Shown here: positions 47,985 to 50,298 of the stretch, one piece after another
Layout of the letters: each line of letters starts with the position of its first letter
Numbering within the stretch: position 1 is the stretch's first letter
Origin: Seison nebaliae
Taxonomy: Eukaryota
Assembly (NCBI GenBank): GCA_023231475.1
Contig: JALJEE010002890.1
Span: 1 to 50,298, forward strand
Reading direction: 5' to 3'
DNA: 50,298 nucleotides
Translations under genes and position numbers: made by a program
The notes under the pieces: generated by a model
What the model was told of the DNA's origin: nothing
Seen by the model: the letters and a program-made list of their open reading frames with translations, nothing else
The model's database searches: none

Positions 47985-49681
47985 ATGAACATGGATATCT
48001 CAGACTTCAATCCATTTCAGTCAAAAACGAAACTTACCAATTCACCTGAACGTTCGACATTCCAAAATAATGAAATAAATTTCGACGACATCGAAGATCC
48101 ATTTAAACCGAGGAAGAACTTGTTAAATGATATCGAACAATCAATTCCCAATGATCTCACTATTGATGATATTGATATTAGTTTAAGTGGAGGTAAATAT
48201 ATTTTTTCTACTTTTATAATGTGCCGATCACATTTGTTTCAGATGAAACGATTATCACTGATGAAAATGATAAAGAGAATGAAGATGGAGAAGAACGGAC
48301 GAAGAATAAAGTTAGAAAAATTCTTCTCTTCCCCATAAACAGAATAGATAGGAAAGAAGAAATAGGATGATGCGGAAGAATTAATGGAAGATAACTTCAA
48401 TTGTTTATCTTGTTTACTGGCAATTAATTTATGCTAAGATCTCCTCCATCCAACATTATTCCACATCATTTTATAAATATTTCACATTGAATGAGTTAAG
48501 AATGGAAGATGTGAAGCGAACAACGATTCTTTGTCATCCCAAAATTAGGAGATACATTACTAATCGATATACTCAATTACATCTGGACAAAGTCTTTAAA
48601 TAAATTCTACACAACGTTCAATTATTTTAATTTCCAATCTCTTATTTCTATCAGATACAAATCGATCTTCGAGAATTAAATGAGAAAAAAGAAAGTGAAG
48701 AACATCAAGAAGTATTTGAAGATTGTACAGATGAAGTTGAAAACGTACAAGAATGTGTTGAAACTAAAGAAGAGAAGACAAATTTAGAAAATGGTGACAA
48801 TATTAACTATTCATTAAATGTTGATTATTCGTTTGGAAATATCGAACTAGAGAAACAAATTGAATGTTCTCAAGAACATAATAATGAAACTTCATTGGAG
48901 AAGACGTTGTTAAATAAATTAGAAAAATTAAAAAAAGAGAATGATTTCAAAGAAACCTTAATAGAAGAAAACACTGGAAATGGTCACGAAGATCTCCCAA
49001 AGTTTCCTCAATTTAATTCCTTCAAAATATTTTAATTATTCTTTTCTTTCTATCCAGAATCTTCGGAGAATATACGAATATTATTGAAAAAATGATCAAT
49101 GAAAGATTAATATTGCAAAGAAACCAAAAACATAACGTTTAATATTTCTATATATAAATAGGTGGAATAACAAATAAATCCGTCTAGATTGTATCTGTGA
49201 AGAAAAGTGTTATTAGTGTTTCTGATAAACTTAGTCAAATGGAAAATTACTTGAGAGAAGCATTGGAAAAGAAGAACAAACAAAGAAATATCTTGCAAAC
49301 TTATCGAGACGTTTAATATTTTGGAATTTTTCTTAAATTAATTCGATTTTAGACCGAAACAAATTTGTTAAAAGATAGAACGAGTATTCTCAATTGTATT
49401 CGAGATGGAAAGAATTCCATGAAACTAATTCAGAATGAAGCCAAACGAGAAATTGAGAAGTTCTTCTTTTTCATCAATTTATTGAAATTCATGTTGTTGG
49501 CAGAAATCAAATAATGGCAGAGAACCAGTTTGAAGAAGGCAGAAATACGATAAGTAAATTAGAATTTGTTATCGAAAAACGTAAAGTAAATCTCAATTCA
49601 TTAAAAGATAAAATATCTAATACTGAAGCAAAAATACAACGGTCATGTGAATTCCTAGAAAAACTGGTTGGCGATGGCTAA
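47985..49681 (+). CDS. Divergent TACC (transforming acidic coiled-coil) domain protein (~420 aa)
   Basis: join(47985..48192,48243..48310,48439..48591,48655..49001,49058..49136,49188..49310,49353..49459,49504..49681) = 1263 nt, in frame. N-terminal DFNPFQSKTKLTNSP and DPFKPRKNL motifs, acidic middle region, and a C-terminal coiled coil (KLSQMENYLREALEKKNKQRNILQTYRDTETNLLK...KVNLNSLKDKISNTEAKIQRSCEFLEKLV*) resembling the TACC domain. The 48311-48438 junction is uncertain. Confidence 0.65.
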
Positions 49682-50298
49682 CATGGTAATATATATCAGC
49701 ATTTACGACATTCTCATATACACCGAACAAATAGAACGAATTCATTCTTCCCATCAAAAGAAACTTCGATCAAATTCAAAATATTATTAATTGAATAACA
49801 TATAGGTAAGGGGAATAATAGTAAAAGAATATTCCTACTAATAATGTCTATTCATAATCGACCATTGGTCAGACTAATTGATAAAAATTCAAATTATTCG
49901 TATAAATCGCTCATATGTTCAAAATGTTCAGCAATAACTTTTCGCATATTTACTTTGCTTTTTTTTTTCCAATACAAATAAATCTGAAGTCAAAAAGGTT
50001 TCATTGAAGTTTCCTGATGAGATTAAATGAAGCACTTTTTTAAACTTTATTCTATTGATAATAAATCGACTAATAATACTGTTTAATTTGAATTATATTT
50101 AATTTTGTAAGTTTATAATGATGCTGTTACTTTCACCCCGAATTACTTTCCCCCCGGAAAAAAATTGAAGAGAAAAATGAGATTTTAAGGGGTTTTTCCT
50201 CATTGAAAATAAGCGAACTAGGGTTCATTCGAAAGAGCATAAAATTCTTTTTCGAATGCATATCATATCATTTAAAAAAATTCAATATTAATATTAAA

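Noticed and set aside
50014..50036. CTGATGAG hammerhead-ribozyme-like core
   Set aside because: Followed by GAAG rather than GAAA, with no proper stem II

Overview
AT-rich (roughly 30% GC by eye) animal genomic DNA, probably from an invertebrate with a compact genome; the taxon cannot be determined from the window. It uses the standard code and has mostly 42-71 bp GT-AG introns. Ten protein-coding genes were reconstructed by hand: an Ig-mucin type I receptor with a YENPFY tail, a two-CTLD type I membrane protein, an FMRFamide-receptor-like GPCR, DNAJC10/ERdj5, an allatostatin-A/galanin-receptor-like GPCR, a 3-hydroxyacyl-CoA-dehydrogenase-NAD-domain/RING fusion, TTC36, a 982-aa low-complexity orphan, a Kv-beta (KCNAB) subunit with a ~380-aa C-terminal extension, and a divergent TACC-domain protein. 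There are three remnants of related non-LTR retrotransposons, two of which end in a (TAA)n tail. The best candidate for an undescribed system is the dehydrogenase-RING fusion. It keeps the NAD-binding motifs, has lost the catalytic His/Glu and the dimerisation domain, and carries an intact IAP/MGRN1-type RING, so it may be a nucleotide- or acyl-CoA-sensing E3 ligase. It lies only 112 bp upstream of TTC36, and most of that gap looks like an intron. A second notable signal is that 18 of 21 reconstructed introns start GTT rather than GTRAG. All homology calls come from motif recognition; no database searches were run.
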